The position numbers were made by a program, and so were the translations under genes. Below are positions 9,613 through 19,916 of a stretch of DNA of 64,000 nt, piece after piece. The notes under the pieces were generated by a model. It was given only the letters and a program-made list of their open reading frames with translations. It was not told where the DNA came from and searched no databases. Location of the stretch: the IMG/VR virus record IMGVR_UViG_3300017963_000188, positions 186,001-250,000 of that record; one strand, 5' to 3'. Position 1 is the first letter of the stretch; every line of letters begins with the position of its first letter.

Positions 9613-10775
9613 GCTAACGAAGTCTCACACAAGGGGCAGACCTTAAGCTGAGCTTTCACGTCTGCTATTTCATTATCTAACTCTCTCAATTCAGATTCTA
9701 TCTCTGAAGACTCCTTCTCCAAAGCCACAAATTGACGTTTGATAGTCTTTAAAGACTCAATCTTGCCCTGCATCCAAACCACAGAGTCAAAATCTAGTTC
9801 TAAGACTTTGGGTATTTGGATAGACTCTACTCCTTCAAGTCTCGACACTGAATCCAAAGCTGGAATTAGTTGTCGAGACAGGCTTTCAAGTTCACGAGCT
9901 TCTTCCAAATCAGCATCTAAGTTTTCAGTTGGTATCTCGATTTGTGCTAAGTCACTCTCCATCATTGATCTGATTTCAGGTTGAAATTTCTTACACCTAT
10001 CATGAAAATCCTGTATTTCATAGATTTCCACAATGAGTGAATTCAAATCTTCTTCTGGGACAACTATGGTATCAATTTTGGTCAGAGACTTCACCCTAAT
10101 ACCACATCTTTTTAGCTTACTTTCGAGTCCCAAAATCCTTGTCAGTTCTACCTTCAATTCCTCTAGATCAGCTCCCTCAGATCTCAACACATCATATCGA
10201 GCCCTTATGTCAGGGACTTCTTTGAGAGTCTCAATACCTTCTTGGACCCTTTGGAGGTCAGCTTTCCGAGTCTTAAGGGTACTCTTCAGATTACGTTGAT
10301 CTTTTTCGATCAATCTTTGAGCACCATTCAAAATATTAATCCGAGAGATATCAAATAGGATATCAGCACAGGCTCCACCCGTTTCATTCACCAGAAACAA
10401 TGGGTTGAATTGATCAGCTATTTGTGGGGAGAGATCTTTGTTACCTGTAGTGATGACTCGGAATCCAGCATCTGCCAATTCAGATGGCACTTCAAATCCA
10501 ACATTATTGTAGGATTCATTACCTATGGTATATTGGTTCCCTTTCCCTTTTTCCCAGGAAAGAAAGAAACCATTGGGATCTTGAAGAGTGACAGTACAAG
10601 TTTTTTCACCCTCTCGAATATAGTAGCTTCCCTTTGAGTTCCTCAACGCACCTTTGATAGCACGTATTATAGCACTCTTACCAATATTTGTTTTCCCAAC
10701 AATTACTGTGAATCCTTTAATCCTAAAGGATACATCTTTAATTGATTGGAAATTCTTGATCCCAATATCTATCAT
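9609..10775 (-). CDS. SbcC/Rad50-like ABC ATPase, N-terminal half ending in a CxxC hook
   Basis: IKNFQSI, Walker A GKTNIGKS, Q-loop ADQF, long helical arm, terminal CPLC. No signature or Walker B. Confidence 0.85.
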   Translation of the reverse strand: MIDIGIKNFQSIKDVSFRIKGFTVIVGKTNIGKSAIIRAIKGALRNSKGSYYIREGEKTCTVTLQDPNGFFLSWEKGKGNQYTIGNESYNNVGFEVPSELADAGFRVITTGNKDLSPQIADQFNPLFLVNETGGACADILFDISRINILNGAQRLIEKDQRNLKSTLKTRKADLQRVQEGIETLKEVPDIRARYDVLRSEGADLEELKVELTRILGLESKLKRCGIRVKSLTKIDTIVVPEEDLNSLIVEIYEIQDFHDRCKKFQPEIRSMMESDLAQIEIPTENLDADLEEARELESLSRQLIPALDSVSRLEGVESIQIPKVLELDFDSVVWMQGKIESLKTIKRQFVALEKESSEIESELRELDNEIADVKAQLKVCPLCETSLA

Positions 10776-12013
10776 AGAGTCTCTTCTTTCACCTCACCAT
10801 CTTCATCAACAACAATTTCTTCAGTATCAACATTTTCCACTTGCTCTTCTTCTTCAAGAATTATATCCCCTTCGTCACTCTCTACGGCACCCTCAGTTTC
10901 AACATTACTCTCAAAGGATATTTTTTCAAGCACATCACTCTTAATAGCTTCATACACCACAGGATTTTCTCTGAACAGAGTTTGTACCTTCTCTTTTCCC
11001 TGTACCTTGAACCCAACCTTTTTATCATCTTCTTTATATGACAACCAGGAACTATTTTTTGTGATGACTTTACGGAAAATGGCAATATCCAAAATAGTCC
11101 TGATATTGTCAATACCCTTGCCAAACCTGATGAAGATTTCACCAGTATCCCCTTGTTTACTATCCAATTTATTTTTGACACAGGTAACTTTGGTATATGT
11201 ACCAATAGGTTTTTTCTTTTTCTGGCCTGTCAATGAATCTTTGATTTCCAAAACTTCCTGTGCCCGTTTCTGTAGTTTTAACCTGATAGTAGAATAGAAC
11301 TTCAAAGCATTTCCACCACTGGTTGTTTCATCAGGTCTAGTATCATATTTGGAGGTTTTGATCACAGATCGTATCTGATTCACAAAGATCACAGATGTAT
11401 CTTTCCCTCGTAACCAATTAACCAGTTTACCAAGGAACTGAGACATCTTTATGGCACGAAGACCAATTTGCTCATCCTTGCTAGCCTCTCCCTCCAGCAC
11501 CTTTCTAGGCACCATAGCAGAAACAGAGTCTATGATTATGGCATCAAGATTATGCTCTACCCATGTATTGATAATTTCAAAACCCTCTTCCATACAGAAT
11601 GGTACCCAGATATCAATCAGATCATTATCATAATCAACACCAAGGGCTTGAGCATAACCATCATGTAAAGCATTCTCAAAATCAAGGAACCCTACTACAC
11701 CACCAGCCTGTTGTGCTTGTGCTGCAACAGCTAATGCCAATGTTGTCTTACCACTTGATTCAGGACCGTATACCTCAATGATACGACCACGAGGAACACC
11801 AGGGCATATGGATAGTCCAGATGAAGGAATGATCGTACCTCCAATCAGATGGTTGACTATGATGGACCCTGTTGATACATGGGGGAATTGTTCAGTTGGA
11901 TTAGGGTCTTTTCTATTCTTGAAATCCACCTCTTTATGTTTTCTCAATGCTTTTCTAGCTTCTATCAGAGCATTAGTTTTTTCACTTTTTGTTTTTGCTT
12001 TTGCTTTTGGCAT
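10772..12013 (-). CDS. recA: Recombinase RecA
   Basis: STGS, PRGRIIEVYGPESSGKTT, DFENALH, IIIDSVSAM, FVNQIR, SGGNALKFY. Confidence 0.95.
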   Translation of the reverse strand: MPKAKAKTKSEKTNALIEARKALRKHKEVDFKNRKDPNPTEQFPHVSTGSIIVNHLIGGTIIPSSGLSICPGVPRGRIIEVYGPESSGKTTLALAVAAQAQQAGGVVGFLDFENALHDGYAQALGVDYDNDLIDIWVPFCMEEGFEIINTWVEHNLDAIIIDSVSAMVPRKVLEGEASKDEQIGLRAIKMSQFLGKLVNWLRGKDTSVIFVNQIRSVIKTSKYDTRPDETTSGGNALKFYSTIRLKLQKRAQEVLEIKDSLTGQKKKKPIGTYTKVTCVKNKLDSKQGDTGEIFIRFGKGIDNIRTILDIAIFRKVITKNSSWLSYKEDDKKVGFKVQGKEKVQTLFRENPVVYEAIKSDVLEKISFESNVETEGAVESDEGDIILEEEEQVENVDTEEIVVDEDGEVKEETL

Positions 12014-12634
12014 TCAATTTTCTCCAAACAGAAAAAATCTGTCATTCTCACGGTAAGCCATCCCACGTTTTTTCAACTTCCCTTTTACCTTCTTCACACC
12101 AAGAAATATCCACTTTTCCTTTGGGGTAAGTTCTTCCTCAGGGGTGGTCCCATTAAAATAAAGAATGAATCTATAGGTAAGATAGGCTACATTAAAAGCA
12201 TCAGCAGTGTCAGAGTTCCAACCCCCTTTTACATCAGAAGCTTTTTTTGCAGCATCTATCATATCTACTTTGAACATCTTGCCCTTCTCTCTACCCAATA
12301 TTTCTTTGGCTCTACTTTTCACTGTCAACGGGTCCCAAAAGTATACGTTCTTTTTTGCTTTGTGAAGGGCTTCCATAGCAAATAAAAACAATCCATATAG
12401 ACCTTCTGACCAAAGCTCTCCAAATGGAGGACTTTCAATACCTACTGCGGTTAGATCTTCAGTATTGATGCAGAGATCATAGATTGACTCACGAAGATAG
12501 ACGTAGCGATCTATGAACAACATCTTCGAGTCGGTCTGGAATTTTCCTCGATTCACAACTATAGGTGATGCCTGGTCATCTATCAAACACCACCCATAGT
12601 TGGTCATCGAGGGGTCAAGACCAAGGACCCTCAT
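12014..12634 (-). CDS. ruvC: RuvC-like Holliday junction resolvase
   Basis: MRVLGLDPSMTNYGW, IESP, PLTVK and DTADA RNase H-fold motifs. Confidence 0.8.
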   Translation of the reverse strand: MRVLGLDPSMTNYGWCLIDDQASPIVVNRGKFQTDSKMLFIDRYVYLRESIYDLCINTEDLTAVGIESPPFGELWSEGLYGLFLFAMEALHKAKKNVYFWDPLTVKSRAKEILGREKGKMFKVDMIDAAKKASDVKGGWNSDTADAFNVAYLTYRFILYFNGTTPEEELTPKEKWIFLGVKKVKGKLKKRGMAYRENDRFFLFGEN

Positions 12635-12638
12635 GTCA

Positions 12639-13319
12639 TTAAAGGTCCGCTAGAAGATCAGAATAGTCCGAAGAATCGGCACCACCTTCTTCAACCCCAT
12701 CAACGTCGTCACCCAAAGCCTCTTTGAGTTCTTCTGTGGTCATCTTCCGACCCAAAAGATTTGGCAGGGACTCTTCCAGCTTCTTAACCTTAGCAAGTAT
12801 GTCATCTCTGATCTCATCCTTCTTCATCCACAGAGCTTCACCTGCTGGTACAATATCCAACTTCTGATACTGTGTGTCCTTACAAGTCACTTCCAGATCC
12901 GTTTGATGGAGAGGGTTGGACTTATTACGACGCTTCAGGTCGTTATACTTGTCCCCATTGATGACCCAGGGCCATACCTGATACTTACGGAAATTGGTCT
13001 TGTCGATATTACCATCTCGATCAGTAATATACTGAACAATGATAGTAGCAATTCGACTTTTTGGTGCTCCCATACGTTCGCAGCAGAACCCATTAGTACA
13101 GATCACGTAGCCTACCGAGGGATGGTAGTGAGCATTCACGACAAGAAAGGAAATCTTGTCCATCAAATACTTCCCTTCCTCGTCTTTTCTACGCAGAGCA
13201 ATTGCAATGCGATCTGTAGCATTTTTGATCGTACCTTTATAGGTATCGATACGACTGGTCTTGACAACATCATCACCGTCATCAAAACTAACTTCATTGA
13301 TCCAACTTGGCTGTGACAT
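12639..13319 (-). CDS. Single-stranded DNA-binding protein, T4 gp32-like
   Basis: HYH...CTNGFCC metal motif, DLEVT...QYQKLDI strand, acidic C-terminal tail. Next to recA/ruvC. Confidence 0.65.
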   Translation of the reverse strand: MSQPSWINEVSFDDGDDVVKTSRIDTYKGTIKNATDRIAIALRRKDEEGKYLMDKISFLVVNAHYHPSVGYVICTNGFCCERMGAPKSRIATIIVQYITDRDGNIDKTNFRKYQVWPWVINGDKYNDLKRRNKSNPLHQTDLEVTCKDTQYQKLDIVPAGEALWMKKDEIRDDILAKVKKLEESLPNLLGRKMTTEELKEALGDDVDGVEEGGADSSDYSDLLADL

Positions 13320-13331
13320 GGCTTACCTCCA

Positions 13332-14129
13332 TTATAGGTCTTTTAAAATGTCCATCAAATCTTGGTCTTCACCTTTGACTTCTGGCTCTTTTGTTTCTGG
13401 TTCTTCTACTTCAATGGTCTTCAAGTCATTTTCTTTCTTCCCTTCTTCCTCAGAGTTTTCTCCCGTGTCAGGAGAAGAGTTATCAGACTCTGCATCAAAG
13501 TCATCTAAAAAACTGATGTCCTCAGATGCTGACTTTTCCTCATCGTCATCGGTCTCTATAGAAGGTGGATCGTCAGGTATACCATCTAATAAAATTGAAG
13601 GGTCTTTGTTGACATCTTCTTTTTCTTTTTTTTCTTTCCCACCTTCTGAACCAAGATACCCTTCCAAAGAAATCTCTGTAGTCATTAACTGCTTAGCAGT
13701 GCGGATATCGGCATTGGCATCTTTCAGATCCCGAATCTTGACCTTTACAACTTCTTCCAAGGCTTTAAGGTCTCTTTCTTGTTCTTCAAGGTCTGCAATT
13801 TCTTTGAGATTGTCTATTAACTGTTGGTTAGCTGAAGCTACTCTATCTTTGTACGAAGTACCTCTACGTACAACTTCATCAGTAGCTATGAGCTGATCAA
13901 GATCAATTTTATATTCAGCACGAGAGGCTTCTAATTTCCTGGTCACTTCCCAAAGTGACCGCTTTATAGACTGAAGATAACCACTGACTTCATTCAAGTA
14001 GGTACGACACTCGACAAGCTTCTCACGAAGATAAACAGGACCAAGAACAGTGATATCACCATCCTCTAAAGTAATGACCATCTTAGGTATACGGTCAAAT
14101 ACTTGTTTTATCCAAGCCTCATTTATCAT
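13332..14129 (-). CDS. Coiled-coil protein with acidic tail, possible UvsY-like recombination mediator
   Basis: Helical heptads then a D/E-rich tail, adjacent to SSB. Probable start MINEAW (14129). Function inferred from context only. Confidence 0.4.
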   Translation of the reverse strand: MINEAWIKQVFDRIPKMVITLEDGDITVLGPVYLREKLVECRTYLNEVSGYLQSIKRSLWEVTRKLEASRAEYKIDLDQLIATDEVVRRGTSYKDRVASANQQLIDNLKEIADLEEQERDLKALEEVVKVKIRDLKDANADIRTAKQLMTTEISLEGYLGSEGGKEKKEKEDVNKDPSILLDGIPDDPPSIETDDDEEKSASEDISFLDDFDAESDNSSPDTGENSEEEGKKENDLKTIEVEEPETKEPEVKGEDQDLMDILKDL

Positions 14130-14442
14130 CTTCCCTCTTGTCCTCCTCTTCAAGTTTCTTACTCAACTGTTCAATCAACATGTCGAACACACCTGAAGTA
14201 CGATCTTTCTTGAGAGTGTAAGAATCACTTGTGATCATGTTACGGGAAAGTAAGGTAGCAAAGCTCATAACAGAGAGCCTCTTGCACAACTTCATGTACT
14301 CAACTTCAGCTTCTTCAAGCGACCAGTCTTGACCTTCAGGCACAGCGGTAAAAGATAAAAAGATATCTTTACCCCAGGATCTTTTCTCTTGGTCCCCAAA
14401 TGAGGTCATAGCTGCTGTTATTGACTTTATCTTCATTTTCAC
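14119..14442 (-). CDS. Hypothetical protein
   Basis: 107-aa ORF in the operon. Confidence 0.55.
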   Translation of the reverse strand: MKMKIKSITAAMTSFGDQEKRSWGKDIFLSFTAVPEGQDWSLEEAEVEYMKLCKRLSVMSFATLLSRNMITSDSYTLKKDRTSGVFDMLIEQLSKKLEEEDKREDDK

Positions 14443-14467
14443 CTCTCAACAAAACCACTATACGAAC

Positions 14468-16408
14468 TCAATTATTTTTTTGTATCTCACCATTTTGGTA
14501 TAGAATTTCTATAATTCTCTTACCTAATAATGAATTTCTTTGAATAGGTTTATTGTTCTGAATGGCTTTCCCGATAGCTTTTTTCTCCCCTAACAGAATA
14601 AGTTTTTTCCTAGCTCTCGTGATCCCTGTATATAGAAGATTTCGTTGTAACAATGGGAAGAAACTCATCACCAATGGAAGGATGATATAGTCAAATTCAA
14701 GACCTTGTATTTTGTGTACCGTAATAGCATAGGCCAGTTTCATACCCATTGTGTGGAGAGCATCGTCATTTGTTTTCAAATGAAGATATCTGAATGGCTT
14801 GAAAATCTTGATTACAATTTCTTTTGTCTTGAAATCTATAGACCTTATCTTACCAATATCTCCATTGTAGACCTGTAACTTATACATATTTTTAGTGATA
14901 ATTATACGATCCCCCACTCGAAATCGAATACCACCAATAGTCATTTCCTTTTTGTCTTTTGAAGCTGGATTTAGAGAATCTCTCAGATGTTCATTTAGAG
15001 AGTCTACACCAACATCACCACGATACATTGGAGCTATGACTTGAAAATCTTTTTCATCTTTAAATAGCTTTTGAGAAGCTTTTATGATGAAATCTCTAAG
15101 CTCAACCTGATCTGATCCACTGATATACATGAAATCAGCAGGCTTCTTATCTGTGATAGTGATGCTCTGACCTTTATTGATTCTATGAGCATTCAAAACA
15201 ATATCAGAAGCCTCTTCTTGACGGAAAATCTCAGTTAAAGATACTGTGGGGATTTGTTTGGACCCTATTAATTCTCTCAACACGTTTCCTGGGCCAACAC
15301 TAGGTAGCTGAGCTGTATCCCCAATCAATATAAGACGGGTGTTGGTATCAATAGCTGCTAATAAGTGGTAGAACACAACTTGATCTACCATTGACACCTC
15401 GTCAACAATGACAACTTTTGTACTATACTTTCGGTGCTCATTATACTCCCAATGACCACCTCGGTATTCCAAAGCTCTATGTATAGTGAACGCATCTAAT
15501 TGAGTCATTTCCTGGAGATTTTTTGCAGCCACTCCAGTAGGAGTAAGTAGTAAAGGGTCCTCACCAAGAATATTTTTGAACATGCTACACAAGCATTTAG
15601 TGAGGGTTGTCTTTCCAGTACCAGGTAGTCCAGTAAGAATAAATGAATTGTTTTCTAAAGCCATATGCACAGCTTGATTTTGATTCTCAGAAAATTGAAT
15701 ACCCTCTCTTTTTTGGAAATTATCTATAAATTGTGTGATGTCTAGATCTTCAGTTCTTTTATAGATCAAATCACACATCATCTCTGAGGATCGCTTTTCA
15801 ACATTGTAAGCCCATCCGCTGTAAACCATATTATGGTCTAGCACCACAGTTTCTAGAGAATCATTTTTGATCATCTTCATTAGGTCATCTAGAGAGAATT
15901 TGAGATTCAAATTATCACAGACTTTTGACAACACACTTTCTTGAGATAAATATAGATGCCCTGATGATGAGGCTTGAGACAAGATATGTTTGACATATCC
16001 AAGAATACGAACCGGAGAATCTTCTTTCAGACCAATTTCATTTAAAGCAATATGGTCAATCTTTTTGAATTGCACCCTACCAAACCCAATCAAAATATAT
16101 GGGTTCTCGAACAGGTTATTGAGAGAGGGAAGTTTCTGATGCTTGTCATGAAAAGCATAGAGAGCATTCTTAGCTACTTTGTAGGAGAACCCCCATCCCA
16201 TGATAAGGAAAATCTCAGGACTAAATGATTCAATGTAACTCCAATATTGGAGTACACTTCTTGGTCCTCTAAGAGTTTTATGGTTCTGAGTGATAAGTTC
16301 GTAAGGACCTCGATACTTACCAAAATTGATTTGATTGAAAGATGATGGAGGTATCTTTACGATCTCCTCCATCCAGGTCTTCAGACCATTTGCTATCTCA
16401 AGTTCCAT
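14468..16408 (-). CDS. recD2: RecD2-like SF1 DNA helicase
   Basis: ENPY..I...FKKIDHIA N-domain, GLPGTGKTT, TPTGVAAK, VDEVSMV, GDTAQLPSVGPG, IFRQ, AYAITVHKIQG, LYTGITRA. Start at ATG 16408 coupled to the nrdJ stop. Confidence 0.92.
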   Translation of the reverse strand: MELEIANGLKTWMEEIVKIPPSSFNQINFGKYRGPYELITQNHKTLRGPRSVLQYWSYIESFSPEIFLIMGWGFSYKVAKNALYAFHDKHQKLPSLNNLFENPYILIGFGRVQFKKIDHIALNEIGLKEDSPVRILGYVKHILSQASSSGHLYLSQESVLSKVCDNLNLKFSLDDLMKMIKNDSLETVVLDHNMVYSGWAYNVEKRSSEMMCDLIYKRTEDLDITQFIDNFQKREGIQFSENQNQAVHMALENNSFILTGLPGTGKTTLTKCLCSMFKNILGEDPLLLTPTGVAAKNLQEMTQLDAFTIHRALEYRGGHWEYNEHRKYSTKVVIVDEVSMVDQVVFYHLLAAIDTNTRLILIGDTAQLPSVGPGNVLRELIGSKQIPTVSLTEIFRQEEASDIVLNAHRINKGQSITITDKKPADFMYISGSDQVELRDFIIKASQKLFKDEKDFQVIAPMYRGDVGVDSLNEHLRDSLNPASKDKKEMTIGGIRFRVGDRIIITKNMYKLQVYNGDIGKIRSIDFKTKEIVIKIFKPFRYLHLKTNDDALHTMGMKLAYAITVHKIQGLEFDYIILPLVMSFFPLLQRNLLYTGITRARKKLILLGEKKAIGKAIQNNKPIQRNSLLGKRIIEILYQNGEIQKNN

Positions 16409-19038
16409 TATGAACATCCTAATGAGTTACCACAATTTGGACACCGATAACAAGTTCCGTTTGGAGTAGTGAGGAACCCACAATTAGGACAAGGAGGCCC
16501 ATCAGAAATGGTACTTGTCTGCAAGGCTGGTAATTCCTCTACTGGCTCATCCTTCAGTTCTGCTTCAACATGAGTATGGTCATCAGAATAGAAGTATGAC
16601 TTCAACCATCTGAAAATGTAATCAAGAATGGATTTTGCAAACTGTATATCTGAGTTTTTGGTCCAACCTTGAGGCTCAAATCTGGTGTTCTCAAACTTGG
16701 TTATAAATGCATCTAAGGGGACTCCATACTGAAGACCAAGACTCACGGCAATCCCAAAATTGTCCATGAGACCATTTATAGTAGACCCTGCCTTTGCCAT
16801 ACGGATAAATAACTCCCCTGGTGATCCATCTTCAAAAAGACCTACGTGAATATACCCTTTGTGTCCGATTATATCGAATTTGTGTCGAATAGTTTTGATC
16901 TCATCTGGCAAGTTTCGTCTAAGGGGCTTCAAGGCAGCTCTTTTCTTACCTTTTGTCTTGGACATCAAGGGCTGGAAAATTTTGGAACCTTGTCTATAAA
17001 CAGCTATAGATTTCAGACCCATTTTCCAAGCGTCTAGATATATATCCTTGATCTCTTCTATTGTGACGTTTTCAGGCAAGTTGACAGTCTTGCTGATAGC
17101 ACCACTAAGGAATGGTTGGACGGCTGCCATCATCCTGATATGACCCATAGGCTCTATGCATCTATTATTGAGAGGGATAGCACAATCAAATATTGGCAGG
17201 TGTTTCTCAAGAAGCCCAGGTGCTCCTTCTATGTATCCATTCTCAAGAACGTAGTCTTGGATTTTCTTGATCTCATCATTTTTATAATGGAGAGTCTTCA
17301 GAGCTAATGGAATAACAGGATTCACTAATTGCATAGCCCCACCACCAACAAGAACCTTACTTTTCACCAAAGCAATGTCAGGTTCTACTCCTGTGGTTGC
17401 CACATCCATCATGAATCCAATAGTTCCTGTAGGAGCAAGCAGAGTGACTTGACTGTTACGAATCCCATGCTTGTTACACTTTGACACTACCGAATTCCAA
17501 GTATCAAGACTGATCTCTAACAAGTCTTCAATAGGATCTTCTCCTATGATTTTCTTATGGGCTCTTATGTGCTTGTTCATCACTTTGATGAAAGGTTGTT
17601 TGTTGAGTTCCCATTCCTGAAATGGTTCTTTTAGAACGGCAATATCAGCACTGAAATCATATGCCGTTGAAGTCATGAGACTAGTAATTGCAGCAGCAAT
17701 GCTTCGAGAAAAATCTGAGTCATAAGGATGACCCAAAGCCATAAGAGCACCACCAAGATTGGCATACCCCAAACCCAATTGACGATATTTCCTGGCTCCC
17801 TCAGTTATTTTTGGTGTGGGATAAGAAGCCCGGTCAATTAAAATCTCTTGAGCTAGAATAGTCACCTGTACTGCATGTCGGAAAGCTTCAATGTCAAAAA
17901 ATTTCTCTTTATCCAAAGAGACAAACTTCATAAGATTCAATGAAGCAAGATTACAAGCACTATCATTAAGAGACATAAATTCACTACAAGGATTGGAAGC
18001 TACAATCTCACCAGAATTGGCTAGTGTATTCCAATCATTGATAGTGGTATGGTACTGAACACCAGGGTCACCACAAATATGTGCTGCTTTCGCTATGTCC
18101 CCTAGAATCTCAGAAGCTTTGTACTTAGGACCTTTCTTCCCACTGACTACCTCTTTTGTATACCAATTACCATCATTCTTGACAGCTCGGAAAAACTCAT
18201 TTGGGATACGTACTGAGTTGTTACCATTCTGGAAGTAAGTATGATTATAGACGTGTTCAAAATTGGCTTCACCATCTCGGATCAATTCTTGGAGACGTTT
18301 TTCTTCAAGAGCTTTGCACCAAATGAATTCCTCAACATCTGGATGCCCTACATCCAAAATGATCATCTTGGCAGCACGACGTAATCTCCCACCACTTTTG
18401 ATGACACCAGCAAAAGCATCAAAACCTTTCATGAAAGATACAGGACCAGAAGCTATACCTCCTTTTGATAGAGGCTCCGTTGAAGACCTGAGGACAGAAA
18501 AATTGGTCCCTGTCCCACCCCCGTTTTGAAAGATACGAGCCTCGTTGGAGACAAGTTCCATAATAGAACCCATTGAATCTTCCAAACCTTGAATGAAGCA
18601 AGCAGAGATCATAGGCTCTTCATCTAGCCCTATGTTGAAGAACACTGGGCTATTAAAAGCCATGACTTGATTGTAGATCATATACATAAGTTCATTACAA
18701 AATACATCTGCCTCATCTTCATCTAGATATTCACCTTCAATAGCCCATTTACGAATCGTACCACAAACTCGTTCAGCTAGTTCTTTTAGGCTTTTCTCTT
18801 CATTTTTAGCTCTGCTTGTTTTTGCAAAGTATTTCTCAGAAACTATGTTGATAGCTTGCTGACTCCAAAACTGAGGATAGGAAACCCCTTTCTGTTGGAA
18901 TATTGCATTGCCATCTTTGTCTTTTACTTCTGCATTTTTCTTTTCCCATTTTATGCCTGCATCTGGTTTCCCACCTTTACAGAAAAAAGACTCCACTTTC
19001 ATTTTCGTAGTATCACCAGATACCTCTAAACTTATCAT
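16408..19038 (-). CDS. nrdJ: Class II (adenosylcobalamin-dependent) ribonucleotide reductase with TSCPD and C-terminal Zn ribbon
   Basis: FNSPVFFN, SACFI, GGRLRRAAKM, SNPCSE, ACNLAS, LAPTGTI, SGAISKTVN, FEPQG..S ILDYIFR, CPNCG..CYRCPNCG. SD GGAGG supports start 19038. Confidence 0.95.
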   Translation of the reverse strand: MISLEVSGDTTKMKVESFFCKGGKPDAGIKWEKKNAEVKDKDGNAIFQQKGVSYPQFWSQQAINIVSEKYFAKTSRAKNEEKSLKELAERVCGTIRKWAIEGEYLDEDEADVFCNELMYMIYNQVMAFNSPVFFNIGLDEEPMISACFIQGLEDSMGSIMELVSNEARIFQNGGGTGTNFSVLRSSTEPLSKGGIASGPVSFMKGFDAFAGVIKSGGRLRRAAKMIILDVGHPDVEEFIWCKALEEKRLQELIRDGEANFEHVYNHTYFQNGNNSVRIPNEFFRAVKNDGNWYTKEVVSGKKGPKYKASEILGDIAKAAHICGDPGVQYHTTINDWNTLANSGEIVASNPCSEFMSLNDSACNLASLNLMKFVSLDKEKFFDIEAFRHAVQVTILAQEILIDRASYPTPKITEGARKYRQLGLGYANLGGALMALGHPYDSDFSRSIAAAITSLMTSTAYDFSADIAVLKEPFQEWELNKQPFIKVMNKHIRAHKKIIGEDPIEDLLEISLDTWNSVVSKCNKHGIRNSQVTLLAPTGTIGFMMDVATTGVEPDIALVKSKVLVGGGAMQLVNPVIPLALKTLHYKNDEIKKIQDYVLENGYIEGAPGLLEKHLPIFDCAIPLNNRCIEPMGHIRMMAAVQPFLSGAISKTVNLPENVTIEEIKDIYLDAWKMGLKSIAVYRQGSKIFQPLMSKTKGKKRAALKPLRRNLPDEIKTIRHKFDIIGHKGYIHVGLFEDGSPGELFIRMAKAGSTINGLMDNFGIAVSLGLQYGVPLDAFITKFENTRFEPQGWTKNSDIQFAKSILDYIFRWLKSYFYSDDHTHVEAELKDEPVEELPALQTSTISDGPPCPNCGFLTTPNGTCYRCPNCGNSLGCS

Positions 19039-19916
19039 GCTAGTTCCTCCAATAAAAACGACCGTAATAATATATAGCCATCTAATCCTGTATATTTCAT
19101 ACCTATATCTAATTGGCACAACCTTTTATGCCAACTCAGTAACTTAGGCAAGGTTATTTTTGAAGATAGCTCTTGTAGTTTTGTTAGGAAATACGGATGG
19201 GCATTTAACTGACCTGCAAGTTCTTTGATTTCCCCTCCACGAGCCATGAATGATTTTATATATATAACTTTCTCAACAGCTTCCAAAAAGAAAGCCAAGA
19301 TTTGCAATGGAGGTATTTCTTGATGTTCTAGATTAAGAAAAGTCTTGAGTGTGGTTTCTCTTTTTCTGAGGAAATCATTAAATAAATCTAGAGTTGTCTT
19401 TTTCTTTGGGTTGCCAATCCACTTGAGATCCTTTTGTAGAATCTTACCAGCAGTTTTGAAATGATTCCCCAACTTGACTAATTCAGAGTGTGTTTGATAG
19501 AGATCTCCCCTATCCAGACGTTCTGCTAAATACATATATTCATCTTCAGATAACGAGATACCAAATTCCTTCAAGACACCTCTAATGAATACTACAAATC
19601 TTTCTTCATTGAGGTCATTGCATTTGAATGTATTTTCTTGAGGTACTTTTTCTGGTATGTGTTCGAGATACCCCCTGTTAGTCACAGCCCAAACAATGTG
19701 ATGATTTTCCAACTTTATTTTCTTGAGCACGTCGTAACTTATCTTACGGACATCACAAAAAATTATGATCTTCTTGAGAGGACTGCTTTTGATTAGGAAA
19801 TAGATCTCATTAGGGTCCTCTTTTTGGATAACTGTGTCAATACCGGTACGATCTTGGATCATCTCCAAGATTTTCATTCTCAAGAATTCGTTTGTACCTA
19901 TCAGACACCAATGCAT
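19035..19916 (-). CDS. holA: DNA polymerase III delta subunit-like
   Basis: GDLYQTHSELVKL, HPYFLTKL and LCQLDIGMKYTG are typical of delta. Start 19916 coupled to the holB stop. Confidence 0.7.
   Translation of the reverse strand: MHWCLIGTNEFLRMKILEMIQDRTGIDTVIQKEDPNEIYFLIKSSPLKKIIIFCDVRKISYDVLKKIKLENHHIVWAVTNRGYLEHIPEKVPQENTFKCNDLNEERFVVFIRGVLKEFGISLSEDEYMYLAERLDRGDLYQTHSELVKLGNHFKTAGKILQKDLKWIGNPKKKTTLDLFNDFLRKRETTLKTFLNLEHQEIPPLQILAFFLEAVEKVIYIKSFMARGGEIKELAGQLNAHPYFLTKLQELSSKITLPKLLSWHKRLCQLDIGMKYTGLDGYILLRSFLLEELA

Noticed and set aside
10772-19038. Inteins or introns in recA, recD2 or nrdJ
   Set aside because: Lengths are normal, motifs are continuous, and I saw no splice-junction or homing-endonuclease motifs.
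19039-19119. N-terminal extension of NrdJ shown in the ORF track
   Set aside because: It overlaps holA. The GGAGG SD and ATGA coupling support the start at 19038.
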